Shown in pieces: positions 9,580 to 18,120 of a DNA stretch of 64,000 nt. The position numbers and the translations under genes are program-made. The notes below the pieces were generated by a model, which made no database searches, was not told the origin of the DNA, and saw nothing but the letters and a program-made list of their open reading frames with translations. The stretch is taken from IMG/VR virus record IMGVR_UViG_3300032233_002459; one strand, given 5' to 3'. Position 1 is the stretch's first letter. Each line of letters opens with the position of its first letter. This DNA comes from an uncultured virus (IMG/VR IMGVR_UViG_3300032233_002459). Lineage: Duplodnaviria > Heunggongvirae > Uroviricota > Caudoviricetes.

Positions 9580-10040
9580 ACATGGCGTTAAAACCAGATC
9601 GCGTTGAAAGTTTCACAGACGTTTCCTATTTCATGAACACAACTGGTGATCGAGGTGGTGTTGTTGTATTTAGCACCGGTGGCGTTGGGTCCGCTATGGA
9701 CGATGCCGACGCTGTTGTTGCATATCCATCCGGCACTCCATCTGGCACATCCCCAGCTGGTGTTCTATTGAATGATGTTGTTAATCTTGATCTAACTAGA
9801 CAGCACATCAATTGGCACAAAGACGAGACGCAAGTTGGCGGTAAAGTTACGCTTCTTCGCAGAGGTCAAGTAACAACAGATATGCTTGCTTCTGGTCAAT
9901 CGCCAGTTGCTGGTGATGCTGCTTACTACAACGGCGAAGGAAAATTTACTACCGTTACAACCAACAGTAAGAAAGTTGGCACATTCTTGAGTAGTAAAGA
10001 TTCCGAAGGTTATGTTAAAGTAGACATCAATATCACCTGA
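9576..10040 (+). CDS. Capsid decoration/cement protein
   Basis: About 150 aa, Gly/Val beta-rich, between scaffold and MCP; GGGAG RBS; start may be 9582. Confidence 0.65.
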   Translation: MNMALKPDRVESFTDVSYFMNTTGDRGGVVVFSTGGVGSAMDDADAVVAYPSGTPSGTSPAGVLLNDVVNLDLTRQHINWHKDETQVGGKVTLLRRGQVTTDMLASGQSPVAGDAAYYNGEGKFTTVTTNSKKVGTFLSSKDSEGYVKVDINIT

Positions 10041-10057
10041 AACAGGAGAAAAATATA

Positions 10058-11062
10058 ATGGCAAATACTAGATTCGAACCGACCGAGCAGCTTACAGAAC
10101 TATTAGTGCAGTCAGGCTCTGCTGAGAAAGAGAAATCTTTAGCAGCTAACAGAGAGTTTGCCAAGGCACTAGAACTTCCATTGCGACAGGCGCTACTCAA
10201 TGGAGATATTCTTAATGGCATATTTGAGCCAATTAAACTTGCTCAAAGTGCTACTCCAGAATTTCCATTGGACTTTTTGGCTCCTGGCACAGAAAAAGAC
10301 TTCGTAGCCTATACCATTCCAAACCACGGGTATATTCCAGAGCGTCATGTTGAGGGTGATTATGTTATGGTTCCAACATATGATATTGGAGCCAGCATCG
10401 ATTATCTTCTAAAGTATGCTCGTGATGCTCGCTGGGACGTTGTTGGTCGTGCTATGGAAGTCCTAGAGGCTCAATTTGTTAAGAAGATGAACGACGACGG
10501 ATGGCATACACTTCTAGCTGCTGGTGTTGATCGTAACATCGTAGTTTATGATAATGATGCTGCCGCCGGTCAGTTCACAAAGAGACTAGTTTCATTAATG
10601 AAAACAGTCATGCGTAGAAATGGTGGTGGTAACTCGGCAAGTAACAATAGAGGTATTTTAACAGATCTCTATGTTTCACCAGAAGCTATGGAAGATATCA
10701 GAAACTGGGGTATTGATCAGGTTGACGAAATCACTCGTCGTGAGATTTATACCGCTGCTGATGGTACTCTTAATAGAGTTTTCGGTATTAATCTACACGA
10801 CCTAGATGAACTTGGCGTTGGTCAAGAATACCAAGAGTTTTATGACAATGTATTAAGCGGCACACTTCCTGGTTCAGATACTGAGCTTGTAGTTGGTCTT
10901 GATCTTCGCAAGAGAGACAGCTTCATTATGCCAGTTCGTCAAGAAGTTCAGATTTTTGAGGATGATACTCTTCATCGTCAAAAGCGCGCAGGCTTCTATG
11001 GTTGGAGTGAGCAAGGCTTTGCGGTTCTTGATAACCGTAGAGTTCTACTTGGATCCCTCTGA
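10058..11062 (+). CDS. Major capsid protein (HK97 fold expected)
   Basis: 334 aa, AGGAG RBS, codon usage shifted toward C-ending codons, terminator follows; C-terminal GFAVLD pattern. Confidence 0.85.
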   Translation: MANTRFEPTEQLTELLVQSGSAEKEKSLAANREFAKALELPLRQALLNGDILNGIFEPIKLAQSATPEFPLDFLAPGTEKDFVAYTIPNHGYIPERHVEGDYVMVPTYDIGASIDYLLKYARDARWDVVGRAMEVLEAQFVKKMNDDGWHTLLAAGVDRNIVVYDNDAAAGQFTKRLVSLMKTVMRRNGGGNSASNNRGILTDLYVSPEAMEDIRNWGIDQVDEITRREIYTAADGTLNRVFGINLHDLDELGVGQEYQEFYDNVLSGTLPGSDTELVVGLDLRKRDSFIMPVRQEVQIFEDDTLHRQKRAGFYGWSEQGFAVLDNRRVLLGSL

Positions 11063-11090
11063 TCTAATACTGTCATTAGTTTATGAAATG

Positions 11091-11123
11091 AATAGGGCTG
11101 GCTTTATGCCAGCCTTATTTTTT
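11091..11123 (+). terminator. Intrinsic terminator after MCP
   Basis: AATAGGGCTGGC-TTTAT-GCCAGCCTTATT then T-run. Confidence 0.9.
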
Positions 11124-11145
11124 ATATATTATTGTATACCAGTGT

Positions 11146-11162
11146 GGTGTAATTAATAATAG
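11146..11162 (+). promoter_or_regulatory. Candidate late promoter for neck genes
   Basis: GGTGTAATTAATAATAG just after the terminator, 52 nt before ATG 11198. Confidence 0.55.
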
Positions 11163-11197
11163 TTTTATAACACAACTATCTTTCTAAGGATTCAACT

Positions 11198-11728
11198 ATG
11201 TCCTGGCAATCAGAAATTCCCGTGATTGTTCGTACGCTTATTAATGATTTAGACACAGATAATCCAACATATACTGATGATAGACTATTACAAATTATTA
11301 CTGTAGCAGCTAAATATGTACAATTTGACGTTGTATTGGATCAGAGCTATGTTGTTGATGTGGTTGATAAAACAATATCACCAGACCCTACTGTTACTAA
11401 CGATAGCATATTTATTAGTCTAGTTGGACTAAAATCTGCTTGTATTATTGATCAAAGTACACTAAGAACCAAAGCAGCATTAGAAGGTATCAGAGCAGCT
11501 CTTGGACCAGCCCAATTGTCTATTGCTGGTAGTTTGGCCGGATTTGATCTTATCATAGATAAAGGCCCATGTGCCGCATATGACGAGCTAACCTCTCATT
11601 GGGATGTTAGAGAGGCTACCGCCGTTAGAGCTATTCTTAGTCCTTTTGCTGGTAATAAATTCGATCCAAGATATTTACAATCTTCAGATTTGCCCGCTAG
11701 AAGCACAAGAGATGGATTTTATTCATAA
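11198..11728 (+). CDS. Head-tail adaptor-like protein
   Basis: First gene after MCP; VRTLIND...YTDDRL N-terminal pattern. Confidence 0.6.
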   Translation: MSWQSEIPVIVRTLINDLDTDNPTYTDDRLLQIITVAAKYVQFDVVLDQSYVVDVVDKTISPDPTVTNDSIFISLVGLKSACIIDQSTLRTKAALEGIRAALGPAQLSIAGSLAGFDLIIDKGPCAAYDELTSHWDVREATAVRAILSPFAGNKFDPRYLQSSDLPARSTRDGFYS

Positions 11729-12231
11729 TGATAGATCTTACTATTTTTAAATCTTATTATAATAAAGCTATAGACGCTGTCTTAAGTAGCACTGGCTTAA
11801 CTATTCCATGTAAATTAATATTTGAGTCTACAAAGCCACAACAGTGTCCTAATTGTATTTATGATACTATGAGCCAGAAATCTGCTAATATATATAAAAG
11901 TGGAGGCCCAATTGTTTTTGTTAATGGTCAAACATGCCCATATTGTTTAGGAAATGGAATTACAGCCAACTATACCAATGAGCAGGAAGTATATTTTGCA
12001 GTATTAACTAATGCTAAAGATTTTATTGGAGGAACATTAAATCAACCAGATATATCAGCGCAGACTATTTGTAGTATAGACTATATTGATAAAATTAGAA
12101 AATGTTCAAAAATTATCTTTAATACTGACATACCAAATCTTAGTAATAATATTTTTATTAGAGCTAATGAGCCTCAACCAGTTGGCCTTGGTGATAATAG
12201 ATATATTTTTACCAATTGGACTAGATCATGA
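11728..12231 (+). CDS. Head closure/stopper-like protein with Zn finger
   Basis: CPNC...CPYCLGNG; position in neck module. Confidence 0.55.
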   Translation: MIDLTIFKSYYNKAIDAVLSSTGLTIPCKLIFESTKPQQCPNCIYDTMSQKSANIYKSGGPIVFVNGQTCPYCLGNGITANYTNEQEVYFAVLTNAKDFIGGTLNQPDISAQTICSIDYIDKIRKCSKIIFNTDIPNLSNNIFIRANEPQPVGLGDNRYIFTNWTRS

Positions 12232-12866
12232 CTAATATATCAATAGATATTTTAGAATCCACAAACGAGATTACTACAAGAATTTTGAATGCTTTGTTGC
12301 CCCAAGTTACTACATTCTTTGATAAAGCATTTGATAATTGTAAAAATGATATTAATAATATTGTTTCAGAAGCTATAATAGCCTCACCAGAATATCAATC
12401 AATACTATCTGGTAAACTAAGATATGAATTTGGACTACCTGATTCTGATGCTAGATTATCTTCAATATTATCTATTATTTCTAATATAAAAACTAACTAT
12501 AATAAGCCTAAAATTAGCAAAAGTCAAATTCAAGGATCTTTTAGTTTATATATGATTCCTTCAGATTACTCTGAACTACTTTCGTCTGCGGCTGCTATTT
12601 TTACTACTGAAAAAGGATCAAAATTAGAATGGTTAAAATGGTTACTCTTATTAGGAGATAAAACCATTATAAAGGATTATGTAGTCGAAATAGGGCCAAA
12701 TTCACGATCTCGTACTGGAAATGCTATTATGGTAGGATCTGTTAAGGGTCGTTGGAATGTACCGCCAGAATTTGCTGGTACCAAAAATAATAATTGGATA
12801 ACAAGAGCTATAGATAGTGTAAATGATAATATTGAACAATTATTAGCTAAATCTTTGAGGATCTAG
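12228..12866 (+). CDS. Neck/tail-completion protein (putative)
   Basis: Gene order; coupled by ATGA overlap. Confidence 0.45.
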   Translation: MTNISIDILESTNEITTRILNALLPQVTTFFDKAFDNCKNDINNIVSEAIIASPEYQSILSGKLRYEFGLPDSDARLSSILSIISNIKTNYNKPKISKSQIQGSFSLYMIPSDYSELLSSAAAIFTTEKGSKLEWLKWLLLLGDKTIIKDYVVEIGPNSRSRTGNAIMVGSVKGRWNVPPEFAGTKNNNWITRAIDSVNDNIEQLLAKSLRI

Positions 12867-12867
12867 A

Positions 12868-13818
12868 ATGACACTTGATAACGAAAAATTTTCTGGCGTA
12901 TCATCTATTAATGATTACCTATTAATTTCTAACTTAGAGAATAATCTACAGTCTTTCTTGGATTGGGGATTTTTAAATATTGGTGGATTTATTAATGTTA
13001 ATAATACTGCCACCAGCTATAGCAATAGTCCTAATAAACTAGCTATTGTAGATGATCCTAACTATGCAACAGGACAGGTGTGGCAAACAAGATTTAATAA
13101 TTGGGTTTGGGAAAGCGATATTATTTTTGGTGAGTCGTCCCCCACACAAATTGGTAGTGTGGTGGTAAATGGTACAACAGCTAGTAGTTCGTCTTATACT
13201 TTGGATTACTTAAATAGTCGTGTAATCTTTGATACTGCTATAAGATCTAATAGTACTGTAACAATGAATTATTCATATAAATTCGCACAAATACATAAAT
13301 TATCTGACAATTTAGTTTGGTGGAAACAGTTTCAGTCTGATGTGGCTAATGAAACAGCACAATTTAACAATAATACTGGTGATTATGCTATTTTTTCTCA
13401 GCATAGAGTACAGTTACCATGTATTATTATACAAACTGTGCCAAGAGGAGAATCTGAGCCTTACCAGCTAGGAGACAAATCTTTAAGAACATACCAAGAT
13501 ATTATATTACATATTATAACCTCAAATATTGGACACAGAAATTCAATAATAGATATTATTAGACTACAAGAAGATAAAGTAATATGGTTATACAATACAT
13601 CAACAATCATATCTGCTAATGTTTTACCATTTAATTTTAATGGATCTCTTAATTCAAATCGATTAAATTATGGTCAAATTATTAATCATAATGATTATCG
13701 TTGGAAAACCTGTCATTTACAAAATTTTATTATTTCTGAGGTAGAATCTAGATATTATTTTCATGAAGCAAAAATTAGATTAACTGCTGAAATTATATTT
13801 AGTCCTATTCCTATTTGA
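12868..13818 (+). CDS. Tail terminator-like virion protein (putative)
   Basis: Directly before the tail tube; VQLPCIII...YQLG pattern. Confidence 0.5.
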   Translation: MTLDNEKFSGVSSINDYLLISNLENNLQSFLDWGFLNIGGFINVNNTATSYSNSPNKLAIVDDPNYATGQVWQTRFNNWVWESDIIFGESSPTQIGSVVVNGTTASSSSYTLDYLNSRVIFDTAIRSNSTVTMNYSYKFAQIHKLSDNLVWWKQFQSDVANETAQFNNNTGDYAIFSQHRVQLPCIIIQTVPRGESEPYQLGDKSLRTYQDIILHIITSNIGHRNSIIDIIRLQEDKVIWLYNTSTIISANVLPFNFNGSLNSNRLNYGQIINHNDYRWKTCHLQNFIISEVESRYYFHEAKIRLTAEIIFSPIPI

Positions 13819-13833
13819 TAATTTTATACATTT

Positions 13834-13850
13834 GGTGTATACAACAATAG
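13834..13850 (+). promoter_or_regulatory. Candidate late promoter for tail tube
   Basis: GGTGTATACAACAATAG, 54 nt before ATG 13888. Confidence 0.55.
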
Positions 13851-13887
13851 TGTTCCCATAGTTTTATATTTAAACGGAGATTTTATT

Positions 13888-14781
13888 ATGCCAAATAATA
13901 GAGTATTTTATGCTTCCCAGGGCGTTAGCGTTGGGGGCACCACAGTCACAGGCGCTCAGAGTGTTGGAATCACAACCAACTTTAATCTAGAGCAAGCCTT
14001 CCAATTAGGCCAATTGGCCATTTATGACAATATTAATCTTGATCCAGAAGTTGAAATCACAGTATCAAAAGTATTAGATGGTGCAGATTCTATTTGGAAA
14101 TTATCCAGCACAACAGGCACTAGTCTTATTGATAATGCTAATGATAAGAGTACAGTTGTTGTTGGTGTTGGTAGCGATACAGAAGATAGCCTAAGTAGTG
14201 ACACTGCTATTACTTGCACAGGCATGTATGTGTCTTCACTAAGTTATACTTTCCCTGTTGATGGTAACCTTACAGAAGAAATTACATTCGTTGGTAATGC
14301 TAAGTCTTTAAGCGGTAGCGTTAGTGCTCCTGGCGCCGTAGCAAATCCAGTATTACGCAGACAAAATGTAAATATTGCTGGTTCAACACTACCAGCAGTA
14401 GTATCAGGCAAGAATATTAGTAATATTACTATTAGTGCTGATCTTGGTAGAGAAAGTATGTATAAGCTTGGTAGTTTAGCTCCATTTCATCGCTTTGTAA
14501 ATTTCCCATTAGAAGTTACATGCGAATTCGAAGTTATTGCCACCGAACTTGATGGTGTTGAGGTTGATATTCCTACCGGAGCATGCAGCGGACTCAATGT
14601 TTCTGATAGTAGTATCAACATTGTTGTTTGTGGTAGTGGTGGTGAAGGCGGCTATTCTTTTGATCTTGGAACCAAGTGCAAGCTTAGTAGTGTAAACTAT
14701 AGTGGTGGTGATACTGGTGGCGGAAATGCTACTGTCACATATTCATTTACCACATATAATGAATTAGACATCACTGGCTGA
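13888..14781 (+). CDS. Major tail tube protein, copy 1
   Basis: Ser/Thr/Gly/Val beta-rich, GGAG RBS, own promoter motif and terminator; internal two-fold repeat (AFQLGQL / MYKLGSL). Confidence 0.7.
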   Translation: MPNNRVFYASQGVSVGGTTVTGAQSVGITTNFNLEQAFQLGQLAIYDNINLDPEVEITVSKVLDGADSIWKLSSTTGTSLIDNANDKSTVVVGVGSDTEDSLSSDTAITCTGMYVSSLSYTFPVDGNLTEEITFVGNAKSLSGSVSAPGAVANPVLRRQNVNIAGSTLPAVVSGKNISNITISADLGRESMYKLGSLAPFHRFVNFPLEVTCEFEVIATELDGVEVDIPTGACSGLNVSDSSINIVVCGSGGEGGYSFDLGTKCKLSSVNYSGGDTGGGNATVTYSFTTYNELDITG

Positions 14782-14802
14782 TACTATTCGTCTGGGAACA
14801 TG

Positions 14803-14835
14803 GTACGGAGGGGAGAGATCCCCTCCATACTTTTT
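14803..14835 (+). terminator. Intrinsic terminator between the two tail-tube genes
   Basis: GTACGGAGGGGA-GAGA-TCCCCTCCATAC then TTTTT. Confidence 0.9.
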
Positions 14836-14890
14836 GTGTTATTATATAATAAATAAATAATTTATTAGATAGGAAAGTAGGAACTAACAT

Positions 14891-15751
14891 ATGCCGAATA
14901 GAATTTTTTATGCTTGTCAGGCTGTTAGTGTTGATGGAGCTGCTGTTCATGGTGCTCAAAGCGTTGGTATAACAACTTCATTTGATCTAGAACCAGTATT
15001 TCAGTTGGGTCAAGTAAAACCAGTTGAGATAATGACCATATCTCCTAATGTTGAAATTACTGTTAGTAGGACTCTAACTAGTCAAAACTCCACAATATGG
15101 AGTGGAGATTTTATTACTAATGTTGGAACAGCTGATAAAACTATATGCATAGCAATAGGCGACGATACTGCCCCACTACTAACATCTAGTTTGGCACAAA
15201 TTTATTGTACTGGAGCTGGTATTAGTGGTGTTACCTATACTTTTCCTGTGGATGGAGTATTTACAGAAGAAGTAACTTTTGTTGCTCAACATAAACAAAT
15301 TGGTGGGTGCGGCATATCAATTAGTGAAGATACAACATCACAAGCAAAAACCAGACAATATTATAGCAGTGGCGCGCCATCATTAGTTACTAGCGCTGGT
15401 AATTTAACCAATATTACTATTAGCGCATCTATTAATAGAGAAAATTTATTTAAGCTGGGTCAATGGCAGTCTTATCATAATTATCCTAACTTACCAGCTG
15501 AAGTTACTGTGGAATTTGAGGTTAGTGCCACTAGCTTGGATGGTGTAGCAATTACTACCGTAGCATCTTGTGCTAGTCCAACTGGAGGAGCCTTTGATCC
15601 ACAAGATATAACATTAGATATTTGTGGTAAAACATTTACAATGGAAAAATGTAAACTAAGTAGCGTTACCTATGGAGGAGGAGATACTGGTGGAGGAAAT
15701 GCTACTATTAATTTTACATATACAACATATAATAGTTTAGAAGTTACATAA
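14891..15751 (+). CDS. Tail tube protein paralog, copy 2
   Basis: Colinear with 13888-14781: GAQSVGITT, FQLGQ, YTFPVDG, KCKLSSV, GGDTGGGNAT, TTYN shared. Confidence 0.75.
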   Translation: MPNRIFYACQAVSVDGAAVHGAQSVGITTSFDLEPVFQLGQVKPVEIMTISPNVEITVSRTLTSQNSTIWSGDFITNVGTADKTICIAIGDDTAPLLTSSLAQIYCTGAGISGVTYTFPVDGVFTEEVTFVAQHKQIGGCGISISEDTTSQAKTRQYYSSGAPSLVTSAGNLTNITISASINRENLFKLGQWQSYHNYPNLPAEVTVEFEVSATSLDGVAITTVASCASPTGGAFDPQDITLDICGKTFTMEKCKLSSVTYGGGDTGGGNATINFTYTTYNSLEVT

Positions 15752-15769
15752 CAATAATTTTTAGGATTT

Positions 15770-16810
15770 ATGCAAGACATAGAGGAATTAACATATAGAA
15801 TTATTAATGGATATTATTATCTTAATATAAATCATAAAATATATAAGATATTATCTCCTACACTGCCTATTAAACAACAGGCACATAATATATACTTATC
15901 TATTATTAATAGTAATAAATTTGATGATACTAGTTGGATTAGAAAGTCTGAAGCTGAAGCTATTCTTAAAAATAATCAATTATGGGATGACGACAAAGAA
16001 AATCAACTTAAATTATTAAATAATAGACTTGATGATATGAAGATTGAGTTATATGTAAAGTTTTTAGATCCAACAATGAAGAAAAAAATTAAGACCAGTT
16101 TGCATACTGGAAAAATCAAAATACAGGAGATGCTTAATATTAAAAATTCTATGGATCATTTAACATTGGAACATTATGCTGATGGATTAAAAAATGAACA
16201 TATTATTTTAAATACGGTGTATGATAATAATGATAATTTAGTTTTTGGAGATGTTGTTGATACGGATTTTTTTGAGTCTATAGTAATAGCAATTAATAAG
16301 TCTTCAATAGGAATGGAAACACTAAGGGCTATAGCTAGACATGATATATGGAAATCTTATTGGGATGCTGCAAAGGAAAGTATTTTTCCATTACCAGCAT
16401 GTAATTGGACAGATGAACAAAGACTGCTTATAAATTTGAGTAAAATGTATAATTCAGTTAGAGAGCATCCTGAATGTCCAGATGATGATCTTATAGAAGA
16501 TGATGATGCGTTAGATGGTTGGATGTTATTTCATAGGCGTAAAATTGAAAAAGAACGTAAAAAAAATAAATTAATGGATAGTGTTGGCGGAAAATATAAA
16601 AATGCTAATGAAATTTTTGTTGTAACTAATTCTATAGAGGAGACAAAAGAAATTTATAGTTTGAATGATCCAGAAGCCAGAGCTGCTATTAATCATATGA
16701 AATCATTGGCTAAAAGTTCTGATCAACCTATTCAATGGGCCGATTTACCACATGTTAAAGCCGATTTACAAAATAAATTAAGACAAAAAAATGCTGCTAA
16801 GGGAAAATAA
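15770..16810 (+). CDS. Tail assembly chaperone-like protein A
   Basis: Between tube and TMP; N half aligns by eye with 17124-18020. Confidence 0.5.
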   Translation: MQDIEELTYRIINGYYYLNINHKIYKILSPTLPIKQQAHNIYLSIINSNKFDDTSWIRKSEAEAILKNNQLWDDDKENQLKLLNNRLDDMKIELYVKFLDPTMKKKIKTSLHTGKIKIQEMLNIKNSMDHLTLEHYADGLKNEHIILNTVYDNNDNLVFGDVVDTDFFESIVIAINKSSIGMETLRAIARHDIWKSYWDAAKESIFPLPACNWTDEQRLLINLSKMYNSVREHPECPDDDLIEDDDALDGWMLFHRRKIEKERKKNKLMDSVGGKYKNANEIFVVTNSIEETKEIYSLNDPEARAAINHMKSLAKSSDQPIQWADLPHVKADLQNKLRQKNAAKGK

Positions 16811-16813
16811 ATT

Positions 16814-17131
16814 ATGAAAAACAATCAAAACAATAGTAGTAGACGACAAATTATTGATCAAATGGAAACTAGATTTAAAACTATTATGATAGGCTCTATA
16901 GCCCGATTTGAAAAAGAATTTGGAGCTTTATGGAATAATAATAATGAACCAACAAATGATCAAGAAGTTTATTTTGGAGATAAATGGGAAGATTTGAGAC
17001 AAGACTTGTTGGATCATGGAAATAATCAAATCCGCCAAGGATTAGAAGAATTGAATATGTATTTAAATAGTGTTGAAAAATATAGATTGCAAGTATTTTA
17101 TAATCAAAATAGGAGACCTAATAATGAGTGA
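16814..17131 (+). CDS. Hypothetical helical protein
   Basis: 105-aa ORF tightly packed in the operon. Confidence 0.6.
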   Translation: MKNNQNNSSRRQIIDQMETRFKTIMIGSIARFEKEFGALWNNNNEPTNDQEVYFGDKWEDLRQDLLDHGNNQIRQGLEELNMYLNSVEKYRLQVFYNQNRRPNNE

Positions 17132-18020
17132 TACTTTTAAGATTAAGACGCAGGATAAAGAAACCACTTTTCTAGTAAAAATGCCTAGCTTACAGAACCA
17201 AAGAGAAGGACAGAAAGTATATAATCAAGCTTTCTCTGATGCTGTTAAGTCTGGTTCTATAGTTAGGGCAAAATTGGACGATCTATTAACAGAGCAAGGA
17301 CTTTGGGATGACACTAAACAGGCTAGATTTTTAACTATTCAAAAAGAATTAAATGATAGTGAAAAAAAGCTGGCTGTTGGAGGCATCTCTCTTAAAGAAG
17401 CCAAAAATGTGGCTATCTCAATGAAGAAGATCAGAGATGAGCTTAGGGACCTTATTTCTGTTAAAACTAATCTTGATACACATACAGCAGAAGGTCAAGC
17501 AGATAATGCTAGATTTAACTATCTAGTTTCGTGTTGTGTGGTGTATAATGATAACAAGAAGACTTATTTTAGTAACTATGAAGATTACCTAAATAGATCT
17601 TCTGATCCTGTTGGGGTCTTGGGTGCTCAAAAATTAGCCTCTATGCTTTATGGCTTAGACTCTGATTTTGAGAAAAAATTACCAGAAAATAAGTTTTTAT
17701 TGGACTATAAGTTTATTAATGAAGATTTAAGATATGTAAATAATAATGGTAAGCTTGTTGATGAAGATGGTAGATTGGTTGATGAAAATGGAAGGTATAT
17801 TAATCAGGAAGGAAAATTTGTTGATAGAGAAGGAAACTTAGTTGATGAAAAGGGTGATTATATTGTAGACTTTAGGCCATTTACTGATGATGATGGTAAA
17901 CCAGTTGTATTGGAAAAATCAAAGAATGATACACCAGCTACTAAAGAAGCAATCGCAGAAGTTGTTAATGAGGCAAAACCAGCCACAGAACCAGCTTCGT
18001 CCCCATCTGTTAATGGCTGA
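17124..18020 (+). CDS. Tail assembly chaperone-like protein B with heptad repeats
   Basis: AGGAG before ATG 17124; last gene before TMP; VDEDGRL-type repeats. Confidence 0.55.
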   Translation: MSDTFKIKTQDKETTFLVKMPSLQNQREGQKVYNQAFSDAVKSGSIVRAKLDDLLTEQGLWDDTKQARFLTIQKELNDSEKKLAVGGISLKEAKNVAISMKKIRDELRDLISVKTNLDTHTAEGQADNARFNYLVSCCVVYNDNKKTYFSNYEDYLNRSSDPVGVLGAQKLASMLYGLDSDFEKKLPENKFLLDYKFINEDLRYVNNNGKLVDEDGRLVDENGRYINQEGKFVDREGNLVDEKGDYIVDFRPFTDDDGKPVVLEKSKNDTPATKEAIAEVVNEAKPATEPASSPSVNG

Positions 18021-18054
18021 AACTATATTAGTGTCTAATTTAAATACTTGTAAT

Positions 18055-18093
18055 AATCCTCCATGTTCTTTGGATGTGGAGGATTTTTATTTA
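18055..18093 (+). terminator. Terminator/attenuator hairpin before TMP
   Basis: AATCCTCCATGTTC-TTT-GGATGTGGAGGATT then TTTATTT. Confidence 0.65.
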
Positions 18094-18120
18094 CTACATA
18101 GACTAATGGATTAATAATTT

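Noticed and set aside
16216..17545. GGTGTA at 16216 and 17540 as internal promoters
   Set aside because: Both encode the homologous V-Y dipeptide of the two chaperone paralogs, so protein constraint explains them
17887..18114. 75-aa +1-frame ORF as a frameshifted chaperone extension
   Set aside because: It is in the +1 frame rather than the usual -1, I saw no clean XXXYYYZ slippery site at a suitable position, and its 3' part runs through a terminator-like hairpin
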